From Candidatus Kerfeldbacteria bacterium (GTDB lineage: Bacteria > Patescibacteriota > Patescibacteriia > SBBC01 > CAIJZX01): 64,000 nt of DNA. The position numbers were made by a program, and so were the translations under genes. The stretch lies in the NCBI GenBank assembly GCA_963731735.1, contig CAVSWO010000002.1:64529-128528 (forward strand), written 5' to 3'. This document shows positions 39,697-49,175 of this stretch, in pieces. A model generated the notes under the pieces. It was not told the DNA's origin. It saw nothing but the letters and a program-made list of their open reading frames with translations, and made no database searches. Position 1 is the first letter of the stretch, and each line of letters begins with the position of its first letter.

Positions 39697-40108
39697 CTGA
39701 ATATCGGCCTTTCAGATCTTCATTGACGGCCACCAATCGGCTAATCTCCTGCGAATAGAAATCATGATCCCGAAGTTCGAGGGTTTCATTCACATCCCGC
39801 ATGTGGGTAATGGCGGGTTCGATATTTTCGAAATCAACCGCCACTCGATCGGCATCCTGAAGTGCCGCTTCATCGGCGATTCGGCGTCGCACATCAGCTA
39901 GTTTTTCCTGATCCGGTTGTTCGCGTTTGAGTTCAGTTGAAAGTTCGTCAAGCAGGTGATCCATGGTACTGGACTCCGCCGCCGCTTCCATAATTTCTTC
40001 CGCCTGGCGTACATGCGGATCAAATTCTGTGGCAAGGTGAAATTCGCGTTCCTCGTTTGAACTCGAGAACTGCTCCGCCTGGGGAATATCTGATTCCCGT
40101 TCGCCCAT
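39683..40108 (-). CDS. Hypothetical acidic helical protein
   Basis: ATG 1 nt after rpsG stop. Confidence 0.65.
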   Translation of the reverse strand: MGERESDIPQAEQFSSSNEEREFHLATEFDPHVRQAEEIMEAAAESSTMDHLLDELSTELKREQPDQEKLADVRRRIADEAALQDADRVAVDFENIEPAITHMRDVNETLELRDHDFYSQEISRLVAVNEDLKGRYSGDGG

Positions 40109-40109
40109 C

Positions 40110-40574
40110 TTACGCGAAGTGCGCGAATGCGCGATTAGCCTCGGCCATGCGGTGGACGTCTTGTTTCTTCTTGATGGCGTCGCCTTCGTTCTTGGCGGCC
40201 TGCATCAACTCTTCGGCCAGCTTGTCGGCCATCGCCCGGCCTTTTTTAGCTCGAGCGGCCGTAATGATCCAGCGAAATGCCAAGGCTTGGCGCCGTTTCG
40301 GTCCAACTTCAATCGGCACCTGGTAGTTAGCTCCGCCAACCCGACGTGATTTAACTTCAACCACCGGACCAACGTTTTTCAGCGCCAGCTCAAACACCTG
40401 CAGCGGCGGTTGCTTCATGGTGTCTTCGATTTTTTGAAAACTCGAATAGACAATTTTTCGGGCAACGGTTTTCTTACCGCGTTCCATAATTATATTCATA
40501 AACCGCGCGAGCACTTCCGACTGGTATTTCGGATCAGGCGCGACGGGTCGAATTGGGGCAGGTTTACCACGCAT
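40110..40574 (-). CDS. rpsG: 30S ribosomal protein S7
   Basis: SRRVGGANYQVP, HRMAEANRAFAHF. Confidence 0.98.
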   Translation of the reverse strand: MRGKPAPIRPVAPDPKYQSEVLARFMNIIMERGKKTVARKIVYSSFQKIEDTMKQPPLQVFELALKNVGPVVEVKSRRVGGANYQVPIEVGPKRRQALAFRWIITAARAKKGRAMADKLAEELMQAAKNEGDAIKKKQDVHRMAEANRAFAHFA

Positions 40575-40585
40575 ACAGGTTCAGG

Positions 40586-41011
40586 TTATTTCTTTGCAGA
40601 TGGGCGCTTGGCGCCATAAACGGATCGGCTCTGCCGGCGGTCCTGCACCCCTTGGGTGTCATAGACTCCGCGAACAATATGATAACGAACACCCGGTAAG
40701 TCTTTGACTCGACCACCGCGGATGAGCACAATTGAGTGCTCTTGCAGATTGTGTCCGACGCCGGGGATATAGGCGGTTACTTCCTGACCGTTGGATAGGC
40801 GGACACGCGCGATCTTACGGAGCGCCGAGTTCGGCTTTTTTGGCGTCGTGGTCGTCACTTTGACGCACACGCCGCGCTTGAACGGGCTGCTCTTCGGTAA
40901 ATAGGTACGCTTGCGTTGGACGGCGTTTAAAATCGTTTCCAGCGCTGGCGTTTTGGACTTCTTTGGAGTTGTGTGGCGGCCCTTGCGGACCAATTGGCTA
41001 ATAGTAGGCAT
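40586..41011 (-). CDS. rpsL: 30S ribosomal protein S12
   Basis: [23 protein letters not shown]. Confidence 0.99.
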   Translation of the reverse strand: MPTISQLVRKGRHTTPKKSKTPALETILNAVQRKRTYLPKSSPFKRGVCVKVTTTTPKKPNSALRKIARVRLSNGQEVTAYIPGVGHNLQEHSIVLIRGGRVKDLPGVRYHIVRGVYDTQGVQDRRQSRSVYGAKRPSAKK

Positions 41012-41123
41012 TGAGAGAAATAATCATGACCTCCCTGTCATCAAAAAATCGCTTCGCATAGGGAGCGACGAAAAACGAGAGAACCGTCGCCAGCATACCA
41101 TTCACCCATTCCCCTGTCAACTG

Positions 41124-41789
41124 CTAGCCCCCCGTCATCACTCGGACGATGTCATTCAGGACGCCGTGGAGTCCAAATACCGAAAAAATCACATTGATTC
41201 CGCCGTACAGGTAGGCGCTTAACAGATTCCCGGCCAGCAATAAGATACCCAGCAAGATATAGAAACCATAGCGTTCCAGGGTCACCACCAGCGCGTTGTT
41301 CGGACCGAGCAGGGCTCGGAGGAGATGGGAGCCATCCAACGGGTGAACCGGAATTAGGTTAAAAACGGCCAGAGCGGCGTTCAAAAAGGTCAGGGCGGCC
41401 AAAAAGAGGCTCAGCAGGTTCCCGGCCCCCAAGCTGGGATACAGCAGGGCAAATCCAAAGCCGGCCAGTAATACCATCAGCAAATTCGAAATCGGTCCGG
41501 CAATCGCCACCAGGGCCGGTCCCCACCGGTGAAAACGTAAATTATACGGATTAAACGGAGCCGGTCGCCCCCAGCCAATCCCAATCAACGCAATCGCCAC
41601 CGTCCCAATCGGATCCAAATGGCGGATCGGATTGAGCGTCAAACGGCCGAGCGCCTTGCCGGTATTATCCCCCTGCAGGTAGGCGGCGAAAACGTGGGCG
41701 AATTCGTGAACCCCAATCGAGACTACCAGCGCCAAAAACGTTACCAGGTAGGCAACGGGTTGAGAGAAAATTCTTTCAATGCCAAACAT
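41124..41789 (-). CDS. Site-2 protease (M50)
   Basis: HEFAH, AGPISN, FNLIPVHPLDG. Confidence 0.93.
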   Translation of the reverse strand: MFGIERIFSQPVAYLVTFLALVVSIGVHEFAHVFAAYLQGDNTGKALGRLTLNPIRHLDPIGTVAIALIGIGWGRPAPFNPYNLRFHRWGPALVAIAGPISNLLMVLLAGFGFALLYPSLGAGNLLSLFLAALTFLNAALAVFNLIPVHPLDGSHLLRALLGPNNALVVTLERYGFYILLGILLLAGNLLSAYLYGGINVIFSVFGLHGVLNDIVRVMTGG

Positions 41790-41859
41790 ACAGACTTGCA
41801 GTTTTCATGACCGTGTGGTAGTATAGCCCAGTTCTCGAATTTTTCCTATTTTTTGGTCT

Positions 41860-42048
41860 ATGGCACGAGCCTGCGAAATCTGCGGCCGCGGCGCAATGAA
41901 TAGCGTCTCCCGCAGTCACTCAAACATCGCTTCCAAGCGAAAACAGCATCTGAATTTGCATACCCTGTTGAAAGACGGCCGGCGGTATAAAGCCTGCGCG
42001 AATTGTATTCGCTCGGCTTCGAAGCGCATGGCCAAGGCGGCCGCCTAA
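41860..42048 (+). CDS. rpmB: 50S ribosomal protein L28
   Basis: MARACEICGR...SHSN...KR...NL...CANCIR. Confidence 0.92.
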   Translation: MARACEICGRGAMNSVSRSHSNIASKRKQHLNLHTLLKDGRRYKACANCIRSASKRMAKAAA

Positions 42049-43232
42049 ACCTCGAAAACTTTTTGGAGTCGTTCCAAGCCCTGATCGGCCCGGTCTTTGG
42101 TTAGGGTGAGTGCGGGTGAAAGTAAAATAATGTGGTGGTCCCGGTGCAGGAGGACGCCGGCTTGCCTGGCCGCTTGCACCAGCGATTCCGCTTTCTTCGG
42201 ATCCGGTTCCTTGCCGGTTTTATCTTTCACGATCGCGATGCCGAGCAGGAGTCCGGCATTGCGTACTTGACCAACAAACGGACGGTTTTCGAATTCTTTC
42301 AATTTACTGAGCATGTACTGACCCATGGCGTGACTGTTCTCCCACAACCGATTTCGAAGCACCGCATCCAAAACCGCTTGGGCCGCCGCCACATCGAGCG
42401 GCGTCCAACTGTAGACGTCGTCAGTCCGAAAGGCTTGGCTCCGATCGAAAACGTCCTGACTGACCAGCGCCGCACCCATGGTTCCGTACCCGCCGGTCAT
42501 ACTCGGACCCAGGCACAACATGTCCGGATCCAAATCCCACAGGCTGCTGGCGAAGAGCGCGCCACAACGTCCAAACCCGGTAGCGGTCTCATCGATCATA
42601 AACAAGATATCGCGTTGACGACATAACCGCTGAATTTCCGGTAAAAATTCTTTGGGCGGAACAATCGCGCCAGCCGAAATCACCGGTTCCGCAATAAACG
42701 CGGCGATGTCACCGCTGGCTCGAATCAGCTGTTCAAACCGATTGATGACGTCGCCGGCGGTCACCCCGCGATACTCATTCGGAATCGGCAGCCGCATAAT
42801 ATTTGCTGCGCCCGACCAGGTGTGATCGGTTAGTGAAAACTTTTTATCACCCAACGACTGGGTTGGCGTTTCCATCGTCACGATAGTTTGGCGACCGGTC
42901 GCGTGCCGGGCCACGCGTAAAGCTATTTCTATCGATTCAAAACCGCTGGCGCTCCGATAAACTTTTTTTAGCCGCTTACCGGGAGCCAATTCAATCAGCT
43001 GGCGCGCAAAATCCTCATGCTTGGCGTAGCCAAAAAATGGCGGCACATAAACGCCCGCCTCAGAACGACGGGTCATGGCGTGCATGACTTCATGATGATT
43101 CCAACCGACGGTGCCGACGCACCACCCGGCAATGAAATCTATGTATTCGTGTTCGTGATCATCAAACACCACGCACCCGTCACCACGAACAATCGACAGG
43201 TCGGGTGATGCCTCGTCGGCTAAGTAGCGCAT
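42045..43232 (-). CDS. Class III aminotransferase-fold protein lacking the PLP lysine
   Basis: YIDFIAGW, IAAFIAEP, DETATGFGRCG; PDMLCLGPSMTGG in place of GK. Confidence 0.85.
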   Translation of the reverse strand: MRYLADEASPDLSIVRGDGCVVFDDHEHEYIDFIAGWCVGTVGWNHHEVMHAMTRRSEAGVYVPPFFGYAKHEDFARQLIELAPGKRLKKVYRSASGFESIEIALRVARHATGRQTIVTMETPTQSLGDKKFSLTDHTWSGAANIMRLPIPNEYRGVTAGDVINRFEQLIRASGDIAAFIAEPVISAGAIVPPKEFLPEIQRLCRQRDILFMIDETATGFGRCGALFASSLWDLDPDMLCLGPSMTGGYGTMGAALVSQDVFDRSQAFRTDDVYSWTPLDVAAAQAVLDAVLRNRLWENSHAMGQYMLSKLKEFENRPFVGQVRNAGLLLGIAIVKDKTGKEPDPKKAESLVQAARQAGVLLHRDHHIILLSPALTLTKDRADQGLERLQKVFEV

Positions 43233-43241
43233 AGTCGTGCG

Positions 43242-43469
43242 TTAGGCTTGGGGCGAACCGTCATCAGCCGGCGGTGAAACCGGTTCCCACATTTCCATGC
43301 CTTCAACGTAGTCCTCATGTTGCCCTTGCGGCGTTCCACTCAGACACGACAAGCATTCACCAAATTTTTCTCCGGCTTGGTAGTGCCGTTTAAATCCACA
43401 CGGTACACAAACATACTCGCCGTCGGCCGGGACCGTGTCGCCTTTACTCAATGGGGTCAATTGTTCCAT
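43242..43469 (-). CDS. Small zinc-ribbon-like protein
   Basis: GEYVCVPCG...CLSC. Confidence 0.7.
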   Translation of the reverse strand: MEQLTPLSKGDTVPADGEYVCVPCGFKRHYQAGEKFGECLSCLSGTPQGQHEDYVEGMEMWEPVSPPADDGSPQA

Positions 43470-43558
43470 AGGGGTCAGTCAGATACGAATCGCAGCCAAA
43501 AAACTTGCGGCCGCGTCTTTTTGGAGTATACGCTAAAAAACGCCACTCGGCAACCGCG

Positions 43559-44518
43559 TTATTGACAGGTCGCCGTCCCGTGATCAACCACGGTTTGGTC
43601 GGTGGCTAAAAATTCCCAAGAGTAGCTGGCGGTATGCAAGGTCAAGGCCAAGACACCGTAATGCTTGTTATCGCGAAATTCGCTGCCGGTTCCAACATCC
43701 CGAAAAGCGTAGAGACTGCGACCGCCGGTCCCAACCACGAATTGACGCGTCCCGCCGTTCGGTTGCAGCTGGCCGTCGGCATTGATGGGCGCGAAGCGCT
43801 CATAGTCATGATCGTGGCCGCTCAACACGACGTCAACGCCGGCCCGGGCCAAGATTGACCAGATGGGTTGCATAACGTCGTTGTTGCCGTGGAGGGCCGA
43901 GCTCCAACGCGGGTGATGAAAATACGCGATCGCGCATCGGCTGGGATGGGTCGCCAATTCATGGATCAGCCAGTCGACTTGCGGATCGCCGGGCTGGCAT
44001 CCCCCCGCTTCGCCACAATTACTATTCAAGGCATAGATTTGCCAGCCGCCAATTTGGAATCGATAATACCCGCGACGGTCCGGGCCAGCCCGATCGCCAA
44101 AGTACGCGTAGTACCCGCTAGCCTGACTGGTGGCGTAATCGTGGTTTCCCGGTGCCGGATATGTCCGATCCCAGACGCGTCCCCAGGTCGGATCGTAGCA
44201 GGTGTGGAATTCATCAATCGTACCGCGCGGATAAACCGAATCTCCGAGCGTCAGCACGGAACCCGACCGGCTGAGCAGCAAATCAGAAGTTTGGGTGTCA
44301 TAGGTATTGTCGCAACTTGAAATATCACCGGCCGCGAAGACGACCGGGTCATCATTGGTAACCGGTGTTGGCAGTGAAATGGTGATCGGCGTCGGTTGCA
44401 AGATATATCCCTGCCAACTCACCCAACCCAGCCAAATCACCGCGCCCAAGCTGCCGACCATCAGGCTGATAATACCGATTTTGGTCATGATTTCCGGCTG
44501 CGACGATCGTGTTCCCAT
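43559..44518 (-). CDS. Membrane-anchored metallophosphoesterase
   Basis: AAGDI, LGD..Y, PGNHDY, HHP, GHDHDYER. Confidence 0.92.
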   Translation of the reverse strand: MGTRSSQPEIMTKIGIISLMVGSLGAVIWLGWVSWQGYILQPTPITISLPTPVTNDDPVVFAAGDISSCDNTYDTQTSDLLLSRSGSVLTLGDSVYPRGTIDEFHTCYDPTWGRVWDRTYPAPGNHDYATSQASGYYAYFGDRAGPDRRGYYRFQIGGWQIYALNSNCGEAGGCQPGDPQVDWLIHELATHPSRCAIAYFHHPRWSSALHGNNDVMQPIWSILARAGVDVVLSGHDHDYERFAPINADGQLQPNGGTRQFVVGTGGRSLYAFRDVGTGSEFRDNKHYGVLALTLHTASYSWEFLATDQTVVDHGTATCQ

Positions 44519-44874
44519 TTGCGTACCTCCGTTTCATTCATCCCGAAATAATGCGCGATTTCATGGTGGACGGTGCTGGCTACAATTTCCGTCACTCGGT
44601 CCGGGTCGCCCCCGGCCAGGCGCTCTATCGGCTCCTGAAATATTGTAATCTTGTCCGGTAGCACGCCCGAATACCAGGGCCCGCGTCGACCATAGGGAAC
44701 GCCTTGATACAAACCGAGGAGGACACCCCGACGCAGAATGCCATGCTCATTGGTGGTGGCTGGACGAATGCCGGGCTCAACCACGAAGGCCACGTTTTGC
44801 ATTTTGGCACGAAAACGTTCCGGCACCGCCAGAATGGCTTGCTGAATCTGTCGCTCAAACTCATCAATTTCCAT
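44485..44874 (-). CDS. Zincin-like metallopeptidase (DUF1025 type)
   Basis: LLGLYQGVP, PDKITIF, HEIAHYFG. Confidence 0.9.
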   Translation of the reverse strand: MEIDEFERQIQQAILAVPERFRAKMQNVAFVVEPGIRPATTNEHGILRRGVLLGLYQGVPYGRRGPWYSGVLPDKITIFQEPIERLAGGDPDRVTEIVASTVHHEIAHYFGMNETEVRKWEHDRRSRKS

Positions 44875-44977
44875 GTCGGCAGTATAGCACGGGGTTTTCC
44901 ACTCCACCCACGCGCCGCTGAGTATGATAGACTCCATACATCGTCCCTTCATCCCCAACCCCGACACCGGAGGTTGC

Positions 44978-45169
44978 ATGTCTGCTGCTCGAATTCGCCG
45001 TCGCCTGACCATCTCGCGCAAGCGCCGTCCGCAACCGCCGCCCAACAAGCTGCCCAATCGGCCGCCGCCGGGACCGCTGCTGCCGGATGGTGCAGCCGAG
45101 CCGGCCGATCTGGCTGAAGCCCGAAGCATTCTGTTTCAGAGGATGCACGAACATGAAGACACGAGCTAG
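44978..45169 (+). CDS. Hypothetical small Arg/Pro-rich protein
   Basis: GGAGG RBS 4 nt before ATG. Confidence 0.45.
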   Translation: MSAARIRRRLTISRKRRPQPPPNKLPNRPPPGPLLPDGAAEPADLAEARSILFQRMHEHEDTS

Positions 45170-45214
45170 TCTCGCCGACGAGCTCCGGGTCACGCTGTAC
45201 GCGTGGCCCTTTTT

Positions 45215-46462
45215 CTATAGGCTTCGACGAAAATGCCGGCCCCCACCCGAACGCTTCGATCGGCCAGGGTGGGATCGACGGGTATGCGAAAAGTTCGGGC
45301 GCGATGCGCGCGGCGGTTTGGGCCGGCCGGGAGGTAATTCCGGCAGATGGGAGATTGGCAGGCTGGTGCGTATCAGCCGCTCAATATTTTTGATATCACC
45401 CCATTGATCAGGCGTCGCAAATGAAATCGCCTGGCCCGAGCGTCCGGCCCGACCGGTTCGTCCGATACGGTGAACATAGTCTTCTGCGTGGGTCGGTAAA
45501 TCGTAATTGATGACCAGTTCAATGTTGGTTACATCGATGCCGCGAGCGGCGATGTCAGTTGCCACCATCACCCGATATTGACCGGATTTAAATCCTTCCA
45601 ACGCGTTGCGCCGTTGGCCAAGGGTCCGATCCGAGTGCAACGAAGTCACCCGGTGGCCCATCTGCTCGATTGCGCGCGCCAATTTTCGGACCCCATGTTT
45701 GGTTCGACAAAAAATCAAGACGGACCCGCGATGATCATTCAGGAGTTTATCGAGTAAGCGATTTTTTTCGTCTCGCTGAGTGAAAAATACTTCGTGGGCC
45801 ACGGTGGCGGCGGCCGTGCCGGGCCGGGCAATTTCGACCCGCACCGGCAGCTGCATGTGGGCCTTAGCGATCCCGACAATCTCGTTCGGCATGGTTGCCG
45901 AAAATAACATGGTTTGGCGTTTGGCCGGCAGCTGTTTCATGATTTTCATGATCTGCGGCGCAAACCCCATGTCGAGCATCCGGTCGGCTTCATCCAGCAC
46001 CAAAATGCTAACCGCATCCAATTTCACGGTATGTTGCATCAAATGGTCATTCAGCCGTCCCGGCGTGGCGATAATCACGTGCGGTTTTCCGCGGAGTTGT
46101 TGGATTTGCCGTCCCATCGGCGCACCGCCAATAACCAGGGCGGTTCGCAATCCATGGTGCCCGCCGAATTTCGCCAGCATCTCATCAACTTGGATGGCGA
46201 GTTCGCGAGTCGGTAAAAGGACCAAGCCCTGACCCTTGACTTGGGCTAAACGCTGTAACATCGGTATGCCAAAAGCCAGTGTTTTACCGGTACCGGTTTG
46301 GGCCACGCCAATCACGTCTTTTCCTTCAATCGCGACCGGAATCGCTTGGGCTTGAATCGGCGTCGGAACAGTGAACTTCAAGCGAGCCAAGGTTTCCATT
46401 AAACGCGGCGCAATCCCCAATCCTTGAAAGGTGGGGGTATTCGTTGGAGGGGGGTTGGTCAA
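45215..46462 (-). CDS. DEAD-box RNA helicase
   Basis: AQTGTGKT, PTRELA, DEAD, SAT, ARGID, HRIGRTGR; TTG start inferred. Confidence 0.95.
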   Translation of the reverse strand: MTNPPPTNTPTFQGLGIAPRLMETLARLKFTVPTPIQAQAIPVAIEGKDVIGVAQTGTGKTLAFGIPMLQRLAQVKGQGLVLLPTRELAIQVDEMLAKFGGHHGLRTALVIGGAPMGRQIQQLRGKPHVIIATPGRLNDHLMQHTVKLDAVSILVLDEADRMLDMGFAPQIMKIMKQLPAKRQTMLFSATMPNEIVGIAKAHMQLPVRVEIARPGTAAATVAHEVFFTQRDEKNRLLDKLLNDHRGSVLIFCRTKHGVRKLARAIEQMGHRVTSLHSDRTLGQRRNALEGFKSGQYRVMVATDIAARGIDVTNIELVINYDLPTHAEDYVHRIGRTGRAGRSGQAISFATPDQWGDIKNIERLIRTSLPISHLPELPPGRPKPPRASRPNFSHTRRSHPGRSKRSGGGRHFRRSL

Positions 46463-46575
46463 AGTCGGTAGGCGGTCAATTGTCTGGCTGCCAGCAGTGT
46501 GGCATGAATGCCTGTTTTTGTCGAGAAAAAGCCCCGTCACGAATACCGTGCGGGGCTGCGATTGGTATTGAGGCG

Positions 46576-46866
46576 TTACGCGGATCGGGAGCGGCGGAAA
46601 TATCGAATCGGCTGGTGATACAGCTTGGCGAAATACCGGAGATCTTCGAGATAGATCTCGCGTGTCCCAAGTTCCCGTTCGCGAATGAACGAGGCGCTCT
46701 GTCCCATCAGCGCGGCGGCTTCTTCGATCTTGAGTCCGCAGGCCTGGCGGGCTTGGCGCAGCTTGAGCCGCGAGTAGGTTGGTTCGACCGGGCGCTGCTT
46801 GGTCCAACCGTTTCCCTTTCGACGGCGTTGCTTCAATCGTCGCAAGAGTTGGCTGTCGGATGACAT
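46576..46866 (-). CDS. XRE-family HTH protein
   Basis: LRQARQACGL...AAALMG.S..FI...E.G.R; GGAGG RBS; TTGACA-17-CAGGAT. Confidence 0.75.
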   Translation of the reverse strand: MSSDSQLLRRLKQRRRKGNGWTKQRPVEPTYSRLKLRQARQACGLKIEEAAALMGQSASFIRERELGTREIYLEDLRYFAKLYHQPIRYFRRSRSA

Positions 46867-47061
46867 CTGTTCCCTCCGATGGAGAAGGTACGAGTGGAAC
46901 CAGTAGTGCCATCCTGCCAAAGGCCCGAGGATTTGTCAAAAATCGCCCTGGCGTCGCAACGTCAGAGGGCAACCATCAAGCGGCCAGGGAGATGAACCGC
47001 TGGATTATTTATTGATCATCAAACGGTATTCGCTGAGGGCCAGGATCACCTTCCACGCCAA

Positions 47062-48165
47062 TCAATTAGCGCGCAGATCGCTAACGGCGGCTGGAGGAGT
47101 TACGTCCCCGGGTAATTCGGCATTATCCATCGCCTCGGTTGCCGTCGCTCCACGACCGTATCCCCACAGATAGGCGATCCACGGGTAATCAGCCGCTTCC
47201 CCATCTAAGCGATACAAGCCAATTTTTGGATAGCCATCCAGATCATAGAGGGTATTCAGGCTACCCGCTAGCGCCGCATCATCGTTCGGTAAATCATACA
47301 TTGGTGCGCTACTGGTGTCCGGTGCGGTATCAAGCGAGTACCAAATTTTGACGTTACCGGCACCGGCCCGATCGAATTTCACGTACATCACGAAGTACTG
47401 CCAGTGCCCCCGGGTAGTCGAGCCAAGGGTATAATAATGTCTGTCACTGGCCGGTTGCTGCTGAACCTTCAATACGATATTACAGTTTCCGTTGACGTTT
47501 CCAACCGGACAATCGGCAATTTGGATTGCTTGCGGTGGATTCGGATTGGGCGTGGCTGATCGACCGTAATTCTGCATGAGCAGGGCCCAGGGTGCTGAAG
47601 CCTGTGGTGGAGTCGGCGAAGAAGGAATCTTGAAAAAATCACCGGTGGTACCGTCACCGAAAAAATAACCCCAGGCAAACCAGGCTTCATTGCCTTGGAC
47701 TTGATCGACTGGCGTGAAGCGAAGAAACTCCGTGCGCTGGCCGCCGAACTGGTTACATTCCGGCACTGATCCGTCCCCGTCATTATCATCAATCTCCAAT
47801 CTGGCCACCGTTCGTCCGGAGCCCTTTGGATCGGCCACCCAGGACATCCGGTTGTTGGTTGCGTCACACCCGTAACCCTCGTAATCAAATTGGGTAAAAT
47901 CGAGAATGCCGTCGGCCGCCGAACAATTCGCCGCCCCGCCGCAATCGGTATTCGGCAACGGGGTCCCGGGGGTGCCCGGATTGCGCGGAAACTTCATCGA
48001 CATCGCGGAGGGGGTGCTACTGGTGTTGACATTACTGGCCGCTTGCGCAGATGTGTTGTGTCCAGACAGGGTATCAATGGCAATATAGGCTAGGCCGATA
48101 CCAAAAATCACTACCAAAGTTGATACGGCTATTCGTTTGATTGGATTCTGCCTCGCCTTGTTCAT
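47062..48165 (-). CDS. Secreted polysaccharide-lyase-like (jelly-roll) protein
   Basis: N-terminal TM; QRTE, WQYFVMYVKF..G.VKIWY, YPKIGLYR; tail DVTPPAAVSDLRAN. Confidence 0.6.
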   Translation of the reverse strand: MNKARQNPIKRIAVSTLVVIFGIGLAYIAIDTLSGHNTSAQAASNVNTSSTPSAMSMKFPRNPGTPGTPLPNTDCGGAANCSAADGILDFTQFDYEGYGCDATNNRMSWVADPKGSGRTVARLEIDDNDGDGSVPECNQFGGQRTEFLRFTPVDQVQGNEAWFAWGYFFGDGTTGDFFKIPSSPTPPQASAPWALLMQNYGRSATPNPNPPQAIQIADCPVGNVNGNCNIVLKVQQQPASDRHYYTLGSTTRGHWQYFVMYVKFDRAGAGNVKIWYSLDTAPDTSSAPMYDLPNDDAALAGSLNTLYDLDGYPKIGLYRLDGEAADYPWIAYLWGYGRGATATEAMDNAELPGDVTPPAAVSDLRAN

Positions 48166-48396
48166 ACTGTGGATTATAGCATTTTTTTTCCGGTCGCGCA
48201 GTCAAGTGGTTGGCCGCTTAATCCTTCAAGTCCCCACGTTCTCGGAATACCAAAAGATTGCACAAACAGTAGTGTCTCGTTGATATTTATGGTCGGCCTT
48301 AAGCTACGATGTTAGAACCATGTTGCTGAGAGCAGGTGCTGCCGCTATTCGTTTCATGTGGCTAGCGAGGGCACTCAAACAACCGATGGGGTTACT

Positions 48397-48960
48397 TTAC
48401 TGCAAATAACCCCCTAGTGATTGCTCGATGTCTTCAACAAGTATCTTGAAGCGCGGCTTGTATTCATCCTCTATGTCGTGATCAACGATAACTTTGTAGT
48501 ACTTGCTTTGAGCCTCTTCGCTTCTGGGTGTTCGTCTTAATTGCACATACATCCAGAGCGACTTAAACAGTTCATTTATATGACCTCGTAAGTCTTCAAC
48601 GGACTTCAACTGATTCTTTCCGATAATCGCTTTGGCCTTGAATAGTTGGCCTTCAAAGTCTGCAAAAGTATCTCCAAGCTTTCTGAATCGTTTTATCCGA
48701 GCGTAAACTTCCACATCTACCTTGTCGGCAGTAGCATCTGGATACTCCTCAACTGGAATAAATGCCTGTCTCACAAAATCAGTTTCTGTTTGCAACTTGT
48801 AAATTATTGTAAGCAAAGAGGCCGCTACTTCGTATTTTGCTTTACCGATAATTTGCTTTCGCCACTGTGCGTACCCAGTAATAGCAAGTACTGCAATAAT
48901 ACCTGCAGTAAAGCTTGAAATTAAATCTCGTACATCAGATAGTGAAGCGCTTTCAATCAT
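48397..48960 (-). CDS. Hypothetical AT-rich membrane-anchored helical protein
   Basis: TM followed by QWRKQ..GK..YEVA..LL pattern. Confidence 0.7.
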   Translation of the reverse strand: MIESASLSDVRDLISSFTAGIIAVLAITGYAQWRKQIIGKAKYEVAASLLTIIYKLQTETDFVRQAFIPVEEYPDATADKVDVEVYARIKRFRKLGDTFADFEGQLFKAKAIIGKNQLKSVEDLRGHINELFKSLWMYVQLRRTPRSEEAQSKYYKVIVDHDIEDEYKPRFKILVEDIEQSLGGYLQ

Positions 48961-49076
48961 ATGCGGGTTCAAACCTGTCTCTCAGGTGTCGTTAGTATGT
49001 TTGAACTCAAGCCCGATCAATGTTTATCGGGCTGAAGTGTTTGTGTTTTTTTGACCCCTGGCGTACTATGGGGCCT

Positions 49077-49152
49077 CGGGGTATGGCGCAGTTGGTAGCG
49101 CGCATGCATGGGGTGCATGAGGCCGTGGGTTCAAGTCCCGCTACCCCGACCA
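49077..49152 (+). tRNA. tRNA-Pro(GGG)
   Basis: CGGGGTA...anticodon GGG...GGTTCAAGTCC...TACCCCGACCA. Confidence 0.95.
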
Positions 49153-49175
49153 ACCCATTTCGGAAAGTTTTTTTA

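Noticed and set aside
46463-46972. N-terminal extension of the DEAD-box helicase ORF (585 aa call)
   Set aside because: Overlaps a separate XRE-HTH gene in another frame with its own RBS and promoter.
48280-49010. Integron attC sites around the AT-rich gene (GTTAG/CTAAC words)
   Set aside because: No convincing paired R/L boxes forming an attC hairpin and no integrase in the window.
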